64,000 nucleotides of DNA from Candidatus Fermentibacteraceae bacterium (lineage in GTDB: Bacteria > Fermentibacterota > Fermentibacteria > Fermentibacterales > JCC-6): NCBI GenBank assembly GCA_041686025.1, contig JAWLEP010000001.1, positions 65,121 to 129,120 on the forward strand, read 5' to 3'. This document shows, piece after piece, positions 39,350-48,403 of this stretch. The translations under genes and the position numbers were made by a program. Every line of letters starts with the position of its first letter. The stretch's first letter is position 1. The notes under the pieces were generated by a model. The model was not told where the DNA came from. It worked only from the letters and a program-made list of their open reading frames with translations, and did not search any database.

Positions 39350-40696
39350 TTGATGCTGAGGACGGGAACCGCCGCTGTCCGTAAGGCAATTGTCTGGAGA
39401 ATCGCCCTCTACGGGGTTCTGGTCCTGGCCCCTCTCGCCGTAACGGCCGCAGCCGACGGGTTCGAGGGCCAGGGGACCTGGCGGGTGGCGGGAAGGGCGG
39501 CGGCGCTGCTGGCATTTCCCATGCTGATGCTGCAGCCGGTCCTCTCGGCCCGCTTCCACTGGATAGAGCGGCCCGTCGGACTGGACAGGCTCCTGGTCTT
39601 CCACAGGGCCACCGGCACCATGGCCCTGTTCCTGGCGCTGATGCATCCGGTCTTTCTGAGCCTTTCGGTCTGGGGCTGGGGACTGATTGTCAGCCTGGAC
39701 CTCCCCTGGCAGCTCCTGGTAGGGAAGGCGACCCTGGCGGTGCTGGTGGTCTACGCCGCCGGCGCCCTGTTCCACGGCCTGCTGCGGGTCCCCTTCCAGT
39801 GGTGGCTGCGGGCGCACAACGCGTTCGCCCCGCTGATACTGGCCGGGGCCTTCGTACACAGCTGGGCCATCGATATCGAGCACGCTCCCGCGGGAATGCG
39901 GGCAATGTGGCTGGGTCTGCTGGCCGCCGGCGCCTTCTCCTACCTGCATCTCACCGTCTTTCAGCGGCTGCGCGCCAGGCGGAGGGCGCTGGCGGTAACG
40001 GACGTGACCAGGATCGCCGACAGGGTCTGGGGCCTGCGGATGGAGCCGCGGTCGGGCGGCGCCCCCTTCCACCACCTGCCGGGCCAGTTCATGTTCGTCA
40101 CCCTTCTGAGGGGCAGAGGACTGCCGGCGGAGGAGCATCCCTTCACCATCGCCTCACCCCCCGACGGCAGCGGGGCCCTGGAGATCGCGCCCAAGGAGCT
40201 GGGGGACTTCACATCCACAGTAGAGGAGACCAGGCCCGGCGACAGGGCCGCCGTCATGGGCCCCTACGGGAGGTTCTCCTTCCTTCTCCGGCCGCAGCGG
40301 AAGCGGCTGGTGATGGTGGCCGGCGGCATAGGCATAACCCCATTCATGAGCATGCTCAGGTACATGCGTGACCGGAAGGAGGACCGGGAGGTCCTGCTTC
40401 TGTACGGGAACAGGACCCCGTCGGACATCGCCTTCGCAGACGAGCTGGCGGGCATGGCCGACAGCGACGGCCCTCCGAGTCTGCGGGTGGTGCACGTCCT
40501 GTCGGCGGCACCGGAGGACTGGCAGGGCGAGAGCGGCTACATCGACGGGGAGCTGCTGCGAAGACACGTGGGCGACACCGGCGACACGGGCTTCTACATC
40601 TGCGGCCCTCCCGTCATGATGGCCAATGTCTCCCGGGCCCTGCGGGACATGGGAGTCCCGGCGGAGCGGATCCACTCCGAGCGGTTCTCACTGTAG
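39350..40696 (+). CDS. Ferric reductase-like transmembrane domain + FNR-type FAD/NAD(P) oxidoreductase
   Basis: TM His pairs (FHR..MHP, AHN..VHS), PGQF, EHPFTIAS, GGIGITP, YICGP, HSERF. Confidence 0.88.
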   Translation: MMLRTGTAAVRKAIVWRIALYGVLVLAPLAVTAAADGFEGQGTWRVAGRAAALLAFPMLMLQPVLSARFHWIERPVGLDRLLVFHRATGTMALFLALMHPVFLSLSVWGWGLIVSLDLPWQLLVGKATLAVLVVYAAGALFHGLLRVPFQWWLRAHNAFAPLILAGAFVHSWAIDIEHAPAGMRAMWLGLLAAGAFSYLHLTVFQRLRARRRALAVTDVTRIADRVWGLRMEPRSGGAPFHHLPGQFMFVTLLRGRGLPAEEHPFTIASPPDGSGALEIAPKELGDFTSTVEETRPGDRAAVMGPYGRFSFLLRPQRKRLVMVAGGIGITPFMSMLRYMRDRKEDREVLLLYGNRTPSDIAFADELAGMADSDGPPSLRVVHVLSAAPEDWQGESGYIDGELLRRHVGDTGDTGFYICGPPVMMANVSRALRDMGVPAERIHSERFSL

Positions 40697-40700
40697 GGGA

Positions 40701-41045
40701 ATGGAGATGAGATACCACCACATCGGCATACCAACCCGGCGGAAGATGCCGGGGGAGGTGCATCTGGAGCACCTCCGCCTCTACTGCACCGACCACGAGA
40801 GCAACCCCTGCGGCATACAGTGGATGAGGTTCGAGGAGGACTGCCCCCTGCCGGATCTGGTGAAGACCGTTGCCCACGTAGCCTTCGAGGTGGACGACCT
40901 GGAGGCGGCGCTTTCTGGCCGGGAGGTCATCATCGAGCCCAACAGCCCCTCCCCCGGGGTCCGGGTGGCCTTCATCGTCTGCGGGGGGGCGCCGGTGGAG
41001 CTTCTGGAGATATCGGACCGGCCGGACGACAGTGGAAAGGCATGA
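40701..41045 (+). CDS. VOC/glyoxalase-like protein
   Basis: YHHIGIP, HVAFEVDDLEAAL, VAFI...VELLE. Confidence 0.75.
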   Translation: MEMRYHHIGIPTRRKMPGEVHLEHLRLYCTDHESNPCGIQWMRFEEDCPLPDLVKTVAHVAFEVDDLEAALSGREVIIEPNSPSPGVRVAFIVCGGAPVELLEISDRPDDSGKA

Positions 41046-41194
41046 GACTATAAGAAAGGCGGCATCTGTCCGGGCGATGACGGCGTTGGTGACGGCGGGT
41101 CTGAACGATGCTCCTACGGCGTTGTCAATTGAGTACTATACACTAGACGGAAATGACTCGATGCCGAGCTCATCCCACTGCATGCCCCTGATGG

Positions 41195-41725
41195 GTGAGG
41201 GTTAGAATGCACTGCCCCCCCGCTGCGGTCATCCTGCTGCTGTTCGCCTCAGGCACCGCGGCGGCCGTTCCGGCGGGCTGGGGGCAGCAGGACGAGGTCC
41301 TGCTGCTGCCCAGGGCGCTGGTGGGCTGGTGGCACCCCCGGGGGCTGACGCTCACGCTGGGGGCCTCGATCAACTGGCAGCGGGCCGGCGGCGGCTTCCA
41401 CGGGCCGCTGCTGCAGATGGATTTCGGCCAGCACGCCCACGGGCTGTCCGCCGGCTGGAGGCAGGGGGTTCACATGGGCGCCCCGGTGATGTCATGGGGG
41501 GCGGCGCTGAGTGTGGCCCGGTCCTGCGACAGCCGGTTCTGGGACGGCCTGGGGGAGTCCGGTGATGACCACCCGTATGTGGAGCCCGGCGCCTGGCTGG
41601 CCGGACCGGAGATCATGTTCGAGGCCCTGATCGTCGAGTTCAGGGGGGGTGTTCTCAGGCACCTGAGCGGGCCCCGGTCTGACGATCAGTGGGTCTGGAC
41701 CATGGGCCTGGGAGTGGGGCTGTAG
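41195..41725 (+). CDS. Hypothetical exported protein, small beta-barrel-like
   Basis: Signal-like N-terminus, C-terminal WVWTMGLGVGL amphipathic strand. Confidence 0.5.
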   Translation: MRVRMHCPPAAVILLLFASGTAAAVPAGWGQQDEVLLLPRALVGWWHPRGLTLTLGASINWQRAGGGFHGPLLQMDFGQHAHGLSAGWRQGVHMGAPVMSWGAALSVARSCDSRFWDGLGESGDDHPYVEPGAWLAGPEIMFEALIVEFRGGVLRHLSGPRSDDQWVWTMGLGVGL

Positions 41726-41746
41726 GAAAGCGGGGCGGCGCCGTCC

Positions 41747-43543
41747 TCAGTCCGACCGGTGCGGAAGGCCCTGCAGGGCCCTTCGGGACGGAGCAAAGGC
41801 CGGGTCCGCGGCCAGGGCCTGCTGCAGATAGCCCCGGGCGGAGGCGGTGTCACCCTGCTCCAGGGCCAGCATCCCCAGGTTGTGAAGCGCCAGGGGGTCG
41901 GAGGGGTCGAGTGCGGCGGCCTCCCGCCAGCGGCTGCGGGCCAGGTCCGTCCTTCCGGCCATCCAGGCCGCGGTGCCGGCGTTGATCATCAGGGGCGCGT
42001 TCCTGCGGCCCCCGGCCAGGGAGCTCTCGGCGGCGGCCCAGGCCAACTCGGGGTCTCCGGCGGGAACCAGGGCCTCCAGGGCCAGGGGCCAAAGCTCCTC
42101 GGCGTCGGGGAAGGTCCGGGCATGGCGGCCGGCGGCCTCGAACGCCATCCGGCCCCGGCCGCAGTCCCGGGCGGCCAGCACCAGCTGCAGCCACACGGTC
42201 TCCAGGTCCGGCCTGAGCTCCGCCGCCTCCGCCGCGGCCTCCAGAGCCTCCTCCGGCCTTTCCTGCATCCGCAGGACCTCCGACAGCTGGGCCAGGTGCC
42301 TGCCGTTGCCCGAGGTCTCGAAAGCCCTGCGCAGAAGGCTCTCCGCGCGGCGGAGCCTGCCCAGGCCGCGCATGTGTACGGCCAGCTCCTCCAGGCCCTC
42401 GGCGTCACCTTCGCCCTCCACCACCCGGGCGTAGCGGCGCAGGCTGAGGTCCGCGTCCAGGAAGGTGCCCGTCCGGGGGCCCGCCAGCAGGGCGGCCCCC
42501 AGGGCGGCGGGAACCAGCCAGCGCTTCCGGCCGGCTGAGGGAAGCAGCCCCAGAAGCACCGGCGCCAGCATCACCGCTCCCAGGTCCCAGTCCACGGCCG
42601 CTCCCCTCTCCAGGGGGAAGACCGAGAAGGCTGCCAGCCATACCAGCAGGTTCAGAAGGAGGGGGGAGGACGGCCTCGATGAGACCGAAGGCAGCACCAG
42701 GAGCAGGGAGGGGGCGGCGAAGACCACCAGCTGCAGCCGGTGGAGGGGGCCTGGGCTCAGCAGCTGCCGCACGCCGGGTGCCCCGGCTGCGCCCCCGGTG
42801 AGGAGAAGCCAGGCGCCGGCGGCGGCCGCCGCCGCGGCGCAGATGGCCAGGCCCCCGCTGCAACGGCGGCGCAGAGACACCAGGAATGCGGCGGGAAGCA
42901 GCAGCAGGCCCAGCAGGTGCACGGCGGACGCCAGCAGCGCGCAGGCGGCGACGGAGGCCGGTCCGGCCTCCCGGTGCAGCAGGCCGGCGAAAACGGCCAT
43001 CAGGCCCAGCAGCAGGGCGTAGCTCTCCACGTAGCCGGCGAAGAAGACGGTCCAGGCCGGGGCCAGCGCCAGCACCAGCAGGGCCGCCCTCCTGCGGGGG
43101 CGCATGTCCCGAAGCAGCGTGCCCAGGCCGGCCAGGTAGAGGGCGGCCCCCAGCATGCCCGCCGCCCGGAAGGTGTCCTCCGGCTCCATGCCCGCCCGGT
43201 GGAGGGCCGCGTGGAACAGGGTGTCCAGTGGCTCGAAGCGGCCGGCGGACCGGACTGATGCCCCCTCCTCCAGGTTCCGCAGCCGCAGGGCGCCGTCCCC
43301 CCAGAGGTGGACCTCCGGGGGAGCCAGGACCGTGGCCGCCCCCAGGAGGAGCAGCGCTGCCGCCAGGCCCAGCCGCAGGTCCAGGGCGGCCAGGGCCCCC
43401 GCCGCCGCCAGGGAGGAGACCACGGCCAGGACCACCGGCAGCCGCGCCTCCGGGAGCCACCAGGCGCAGGACAGGAAGACGGCGGCCAGGCTGGCTGCCG
43501 CAGCCGCCCAGGGCAGCACGCGGGTTCTCATGTCCGGTTTCAT
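41747..43543 (-). CDS. Polytopic membrane protein with C-terminal TPR repeats
   Basis: Many TM segments, FFAGYVESY loop, TPR (ALHNLGMLALEQGD..A..L..AL..DP). Confidence 0.72.
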   Translation of the reverse strand: MKPDMRTRVLPWAAAAASLAAVFLSCAWWLPEARLPVVLAVVSSLAAAGALAALDLRLGLAAALLLLGAATVLAPPEVHLWGDGALRLRNLEEGASVRSAGRFEPLDTLFHAALHRAGMEPEDTFRAAGMLGAALYLAGLGTLLRDMRPRRRAALLVLALAPAWTVFFAGYVESYALLLGLMAVFAGLLHREAGPASVAACALLASAVHLLGLLLLPAAFLVSLRRRCSGGLAICAAAAAAAGAWLLLTGGAAGAPGVRQLLSPGPLHRLQLVVFAAPSLLLVLPSVSSRPSSPLLLNLLVWLAAFSVFPLERGAAVDWDLGAVMLAPVLLGLLPSAGRKRWLVPAALGAALLAGPRTGTFLDADLSLRRYARVVEGEGDAEGLEELAVHMRGLGRLRRAESLLRRAFETSGNGRHLAQLSEVLRMQERPEEALEAAAEAAELRPDLETVWLQLVLAARDCGRGRMAFEAAGRHARTFPDAEELWPLALEALVPAGDPELAWAAAESSLAGGRRNAPLMINAGTAAWMAGRTDLARSRWREAAALDPSDPLALHNLGMLALEQGDTASARGYLQQALAADPAFAPSRRALQGLPHRSD

Positions 43544-43611
43544 GTGGGCACTATATTAGCGGCGGCAGCGCCATGAAAGACCGATGAGGCGGAGCTTCCG
43601 CGGCCACGGGA

Positions 43612-43639
43612 TGTAACGTCCCCCCGGCCGGGACGTCTA
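43612..43639 (+). promoter_or_regulatory. ECF sigma-type (likely autoregulatory) promoter
   Basis: TGTAAC-N16-CGTCTA 44 nt upstream of the operon encoding the ECF sigma. Confidence 0.75.
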
Positions 43640-43683
43640 TAGGGCGAGAACAGTCGGGAACGTCCATTTGGCAGGGAGGTAGG

Positions 43684-44070
43684 ATGGTGGAGGACGTGCT
43701 GATTCCCATCGTGGCCATACTGGTCTCCATCGGCGGTCCGGTGGCCATAGCCATAGTCGTGCTTGTGCAGAGGCACCGGAACAAGCAGAAGAGGTACGAG
43801 ATGATCCTGAGGGCCACGGAGGCCGGCAGAAGCCCGCAGGAGATCGAGGAGCTTCTGGGCACCGTGGACGGAGGCGGCTCCGGGGGCAACGCCCTGCTGA
43901 AGGCCGGCTGCATAGTGGCCGCCATCGGCCTGGGCGTGTTCCTCATCGGACTTCTGCACGACGTGGCGCAGATGAGCCTGGGCGGAGGAGCGTTCGTGTT
44001 CGTCCTGGGCCTGGGTATGGTGGCGGCCTGGTACTTCGGCGACCGGAGGGAGGGACGGGACGCCAGTTGA
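43684..44070 (+). CDS. Small membrane protein (DUF6249-like), first gene of ECF operon
   Basis: SD GGAGG, 3 TM segments, TTGA overlap with sigma gene. Confidence 0.7.
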   Translation: MVEDVLIPIVAILVSIGGPVAIAIVVLVQRHRNKQKRYEMILRATEAGRSPQEIEELLGTVDGGGSGGNALLKAGCIVAAIGLGVFLIGLLHDVAQMSLGGGAFVFVLGLGMVAAWYFGDRREGRDAS

Positions 44071-44627
44071 TAGAGAGCACGGCTCGACTGGAGCTGGTGA
44101 GGAGCGCCCGCAAGGGCGACAGGGGCGCCTTCTCCAGGCTGGTGGAGCTCTACGAGAGGCTGGTGTTCACCTTGATCGTGCGAATAGTGAGAGACGAGGA
44201 GACGGCCAGGGACCTCTCCCAGGAGACCTTTCTGAAGGCCTACCGCAAGCTGCGGACGCTGAGGAAGCCCGAGGCCTTCGTCTCCTGGCTGTGCTCCGTG
44301 GCCCGGCGGACGGCCCTGGACTACGTCCGCCGGGCCGGGGTGGAGATAACGGGAAAGGAGAACCTCATCGAGCTGGAGTCCGCCACCACCGACCCCGACC
44401 CCCTGGACGACACCGGGGACATACTGAGGGCCGGGATCGAGAGGCTCAGCCCCAGGGACCGCCAGCTGCTGACCCTGGCCTACTTCCAGGAGATGAGCCT
44501 GGCGGAGGTGGGCGAGGTGCTGGGGATTCCGGAGCGCAACGTGAGGGTGTACGTGCACAGGGCCAGAAAGAGGCTCCGAGAGCAGCTGAGGGGGTACGAG
44601 GATGAGCTCCTGCGACAGATCGGATAG
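44067..44627 (+). CDS. ECF RNA polymerase sigma factor
   Basis: GDRGAFSRLV, ARDLSQETFLKAY, FVSWL, region 4 EMSLAEVGEVLGI..VRVYVHRARKRL. Confidence 0.95.
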   Translation: MIESTARLELVRSARKGDRGAFSRLVELYERLVFTLIVRIVRDEETARDLSQETFLKAYRKLRTLRKPEAFVSWLCSVARRTALDYVRRAGVEITGKENLIELESATTDPDPLDDTGDILRAGIERLSPRDRQLLTLAYFQEMSLAEVGEVLGIPERNVRVYVHRARKRLREQLRGYEDELLRQIG

Positions 44628-45066
44628 GGTGCTCGACTACGTCCTCGGCCTCATGGACGGCCGGGAGCGCGGGGAGTTCGAGGCCCATCTGGAAGGCTGC
44701 AGGCACTGCCGTGAGGAGCTGGAGCTGGAGCGGGCCATCGCCTCCGGCCTCAGGGTGATGGAGGAGCCTCCTCCGGACCTGGCGGCGTCCGTGGGCCGCA
44801 GCCTGGTGACCATGGGACGGGGACGGTTCTCGTGGCGCAGCCTCGTCAGCGCCGGCGGCATGGTGGCCGCGGCGGTGATGCTGGTGCTGAACCTGGTCCG
44901 TTTCCTTCCCCCCAACGCCGACCGGCAGCTGGAGGCGGCCCTGAGGATACTGCAGAGGAATGCCGCGTCGGTGCAGGGCTCCGGCATCATACTGGCCACC
45001 CTGGGAGCCGGCACCGTGCTGGCGGGCCTGGCCGGGCTGCTGGCCTGGATGATACCCGAGGAGTAG
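44602..45066 (+). CDS. Zinc-finger (ZAS, zf-HC2) membrane anti-sigma factor
   Basis: FEAHLEGCRHC (HxxxCxxC), two TM segments. Confidence 0.88.
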   Translation: MSSCDRSDRVLDYVLGLMDGRERGEFEAHLEGCRHCREELELERAIASGLRVMEEPPPDLAASVGRSLVTMGRGRFSWRSLVSAGGMVAAAVMLVLNLVRFLPPNADRQLEAALRILQRNAASVQGSGIILATLGAGTVLAGLAGLLAWMIPEE

Positions 45067-45085
45067 ACGCCGGGAAGGGAGAGCC

Positions 45086-45934
45086 ATGGACGACGGAGGA
45101 GCAGTGTTCCTGCACACCACGGACCTGGAGGCCACCAGGGAGTTCTACGAGGACCGGATGGGAATGGAGGTCTGGCTGGAGCAGGCGGACTGCGTCCTGC
45201 TGCGCCGGGGCAACATGATACTGGGCTTCTGCAGCCGGGAGGACGCCGACTTCGGCGGGCTCATCACCTTCGTATATCCGGACAGGGCCGGTGTGGACGA
45301 GGCCTACTCCCGCATGCGCGACGTCGCCGACACCGAGCCCGAGGAGAACCGGCGCTACCGCATCTACCGGTTCTTCGGCACCGACCACGAGGGCCGGGGA
45401 CTGGAGTTCCAGGCCTTCCTGCATCCCACCGGGCCCTCCATCACCGGGGCGGACCTCCTGGCCCGGCGGCGCAGCGTCCGGCAGTACAGCGACGCTCCCG
45501 TTTCCGGCGAGGTCCTGGAGGAGCTGTTCGGGATGTGCAGATGGGCCCCCAGCTCCATGTGCAGGGAGAGCTACTACTACGTTCTTGTCAGAGGCGGGGA
45601 GGCCAGGCGGAGGCTGGCCGCCGTCAGGGGCTCCTCCAGCGCCCCCATAGGCCGGGCCCCGCTGGCCGTGGCCGCCTGCTCCGACCCCTCCCTCACCGGA
45701 TCACCGGGGCAGGACGGGGCGATAGCCGCCTACCACCTGATGCTGGCCGCCCGGACGCTGGAGCTGGGCACCTGCTGGATAGGCCATCTGGACACCCCGG
45801 AGGTAAAGGAGATACTGGGGGTGCCCGGGGACCATCACGTGGCCACAGTGACCCCATTGGGCCATCCACGGGGGGGCTTCCCCGAACCCTCCGGCCGGAG
45901 GGAGGCCGGGGAGCTCTTCCGGGAGCTTACCTGA
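45086..45934 (+). CDS. VOC domain-nitroreductase fusion protein
   Basis: N-terminal DLEATREFY...FFGTDHEGRGLEFQ; C-terminal RRSVRQY, WAPS, LGTCWIG. Confidence 0.85.
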   Translation: MDDGGAVFLHTTDLEATREFYEDRMGMEVWLEQADCVLLRRGNMILGFCSREDADFGGLITFVYPDRAGVDEAYSRMRDVADTEPEENRRYRIYRFFGTDHEGRGLEFQAFLHPTGPSITGADLLARRRSVRQYSDAPVSGEVLEELFGMCRWAPSSMCRESYYYVLVRGGEARRRLAAVRGSSSAPIGRAPLAVAACSDPSLTGSPGQDGAIAAYHLMLAARTLELGTCWIGHLDTPEVKEILGVPGDHHVATVTPLGHPRGGFPEPSGRREAGELFRELT

Positions 45935-46072
45935 GCCCCGGCGCACGCCGCATGTGCTTGCAGGAACCGGTGGCGTCGGTTATGGTTTCCCACCAAATCG
46001 ATAAGAAATGAGCCGGGCCGGTCCCGTTCCTTCACCCACCGGCAGCCGGCCCCCGCGCGAGTACCGGAGGAG

Positions 46073-46567
46073 ATGCGGATGGCAGCAGGAGCAGGACCCA
46101 GGGAGGCGTACAGGATCGCGGCCGACATGGAGAGGCGGGGGGAGGACCTCTACCGCTCCCTGGCCGAGGAGGCGGAGGACGCGGCGGTGCGCGGCGTCTT
46201 CGCTGAGCTGGCCGACGAGGAGGCCGACCACAGGGAGCTGATGGAGCAGCTGGCCGAGAAGTACGAGGCGGTCACGCCGCCGGGGGGCTACGACCCCCAG
46301 CGGGCCATGGAGCTGCTGCGGGGCTACCGGAGCGTCTTCGACGCCGACAGGCTGGGCCTGGAGAGGGAGCGGGCGGTGTCGCCCGCGCGGGCGGTGGACT
46401 TCGCCATCCGCAGGGAGATGGACAGCATAATGTTCTACCACGAGGCCAGGGAGATGGTGTCCGCCATCTCCCGCAGCCATGTGGACCGGATCATCGACGA
46501 GGAGCGGAAGCACTTCCGCCGCCTCTCCCGCATCCGGGCGGAGATGGGGGAGGAGCTCAGCTCCTGA
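46073..46567 (+). CDS. Rubrerythrin/ferritin-like diiron protein
   Basis: E..G..LY, ELADEEADH, FAIRRE..FY, IIDEERKH. Confidence 0.85.
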   Translation: MRMAAGAGPREAYRIAADMERRGEDLYRSLAEEAEDAAVRGVFAELADEEADHRELMEQLAEKYEAVTPPGGYDPQRAMELLRGYRSVFDADRLGLERERAVSPARAVDFAIRREMDSIMFYHEAREMVSAISRSHVDRIIDEERKHFRRLSRIRAEMGEELSS

Positions 46568-47066
46568 GGGCCTGCTCTATCTCCCCGGCGTACATCCGGT
46601 GGTAGCCCTTCTCCGGGTAGCACTCCTCGATCCAGTCCTCGAGGAAGTTCCCCGGGTCCAGGTCCTGGAAGTAGATCTTCCTGCAGACCAGTATAAGCTC
46701 CGCCTCCCCGAATGCGACCGTGTCGTCGGTGGGCGAGAAGGGGGTGAGGCCGGTCTCCGCCGTCTTGTCCACGTCCCTGCCCGAGTGGCTGCCGCAGTAC
46801 TTCAGCGCCTCGCGGTGCTGCTCGCCGAAGAAGCTGAGGGTGAACCTGCCGGAGTCGTTGAGGAAGCCGTAGGTGTAGCGCTGGGGCCGGACGAAGGCAA
46901 AGGCCACCTTCACGCTCCACAGCTCGCCCATGGTCCCCCAGCTGGCGGTCATGGTGTTGAAGGAGCCCTCCCGCCCGGCGGTGACCAGCATCCACCGGTC
47001 CGCTATCAGCCGGAATACGTTCTCCTCGATGTCCCTTACGTCGATGCTTCTGAATCTCTGCTCCAA
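46557..47066 (-). CDS. Flavin reductase-like FMN-binding protein
   Basis: WMLVTAG, NTMTASWG, VRPQRYT, GSHSGRDVDK, YHRMYAGEI; SD GGAGG, TTG start. Confidence 0.9.
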   Translation of the reverse strand: MEQRFRSIDVRDIEENVFRLIADRWMLVTAGREGSFNTMTASWGTMGELWSVKVAFAFVRPQRYTYGFLNDSGRFTLSFFGEQHREALKYCGSHSGRDVDKTAETGLTPFSPTDDTVAFGEAELILVCRKIYFQDLDPGNFLEDWIEECYPEKGYHRMYAGEIEQALRS

Positions 47067-47068
47067 GG

Positions 47069-47393
47069 CTATCCTCCGTTGCCGCTGTGTCCCTTGCCTT
47101 CGGCCAGTCCCTCAACCTTCGTCACGTAGGCGGCCGTGTCAAACTTCCGCTCCAGTCCCGCCGGGCTCATCCACCGCACCCTGCCGCCACCGGCCTCTCC
47201 TTCCAGGCCCGGTGGTGCTTGCCCAGCCCCGCAGCGCTCCGCCGCAGCCGCCAGGGTCCCGGCCGTCGGGCTCCCAGCGGTCGTTCAGCGCCAGTATCCG
47301 GTCCAGGGCCTCCTGCGGGGAGGATGTGCACTCGAGTATCTTCTTGCCCCAGTAAATCCGCATGCGGTTGTGCATCCTTCCGGCGGCGGTCAA
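47069..47393 (-). pseudogene. Class II CPD photolyase remnant (C-terminal fragment, frameshifted)
   Basis: MHNRMRIYWGKKILE..LNDRWEPDGRDP, then GKHHRAWKERPV and GRVRWMSPAGLERKFD in two other frames. Confidence 0.85.
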
Positions 47394-48403
47394 TCCAGGT
47401 CGCGCCCCCTGCCGGAGTCGCTGAGCACCCGCAGCCGGGGAGGGTAGGGCTCGAAGAAGCGCTGCCGCAGCAGGTACTCCTCGCCGAAGCGCACGGCCCA
47501 GGAGAGGACCACGGAGGTGCAGGCGCTGAGGGGCGCCCTCCCCGAGCGGTACTCCTCCACCGTGTCCAGGAAGAAGGCCTTCTCCGAGCTCTGGAGCTGG
47601 CGCTTGAAGTAGCCCATGGCGTGGAGGAGGACGTCCACCGCCGCCGGCCTGCGGGGCGGACGGGACAGGGCACCGGACATCTCCGCGCCGTAGTCCCGCA
47701 GCAGCGGCTGCAGGGGCCCGCCGCCGCGGCTGCCCAGCATGGACCCCATCCGCCTCTGCGCCTCCCTGCTGCGGGACATCAGGAGCATCTTGCAGCCGGC
47801 GTGGAACTCCATCAGCGGACCCGGGCTTCCCCGGCTCCGGCAGCGGCCGGCCGCATCCCGGAAGGCGGCCCTGGTCCAGGCCGCGGTGAGGAAGGCCTCC
47901 CGGAGCCTGTGGTTGCGGAACCTGCCCTCGGTGATGTGGGGCACCTCCGGCCGCAGGTCGGTTGCGGTGCCTCCGAACAGCCCCGCGGCGGTCCCCTGCG
48001 GGCCCACCTTGTCCAGGGAGGGGTATACCTTCACCTGCTTCATGATCCCGCAGGAGGGCGAGCGCGACTTCAGCAGGAACCCGTCCAGGGGGTCGGACCT
48101 CTCCACGGCCTTCCGGGCCAGGTCCAGCATGGCGTCGGTGAGGTCTTCTTCAGTCTCGCTCTGCATCAGACTGAGCCCCTCGGCGTCCTTCGGCTTCACC
48201 AGCCGCAGCGGTTTCCGGGGGACACCCAGGCCCAGCTCTACCTCTGGGCAGACGTCCAGAAGCTCGGCGAACTCCTCCAGGCGCTCCACGAAGTCGAAGG
48301 AGACGGTGCCGCCGTTGTAGCGGCAGCTGTCCAGCCCCAGGCAGCGGCTGATCATTATCCGGGGCCGGGCGTGGGAGACGCGGCCCGCGGAGGGCAGGGT
48401 CAG
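47390..48403 (-). CDS. DUF523 + DUF1722 (YbgA-like) protein; start either CTG 48403 or ATG 48355
   Basis: SRCLG..CRYNG, CPEVELGLGVPR, KSRSPSCG, EGR, HAMGYFK, YLLRQRFFEPYP. Confidence 0.88.
   Translation of the reverse strand: MTLPSAGRVSHARPRIMISRCLGLDSCRYNGGTVSFDFVERLEEFAELLDVCPEVELGLGVPRKPLRLVKPKDAEGLSLMQSETEEDLTDAMLDLARKAVERSDPLDGFLLKSRSPSCGIMKQVKVYPSLDKVGPQGTAAGLFGGTATDLRPEVPHITEGRFRNHRLREAFLTAAWTRAAFRDAAGRCRSRGSPGPLMEFHAGCKMLLMSRSREAQRRMGSMLGSRGGGPLQPLLRDYGAEMSGALSRPPRRPAAVDVLLHAMGYFKRQLQSSEKAFFLDTVEEYRSGRAPLSACTSVVLSWAVRFGEEYLLRQRFFEPYPPRLRVLSDSGRGRDLD

Larger units (their letters stand above)
38681..41145. mobile_element. Possible non-autonomous cargo element bounded by 12-bp inverted repeats
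   Basis: TAGTGTATAGTA at 38681-38692 and its reverse complement TACTATACACTA at 41134-41145; no transposase inside. Confidence 0.3.

Noticed and set aside
35988..41725. Integron cassette array (co-oriented small accessory genes)
   Set aside because: No intI and no recurring attC-type RYYYAAC...GTTRRRY hairpins; several genes overlap directly
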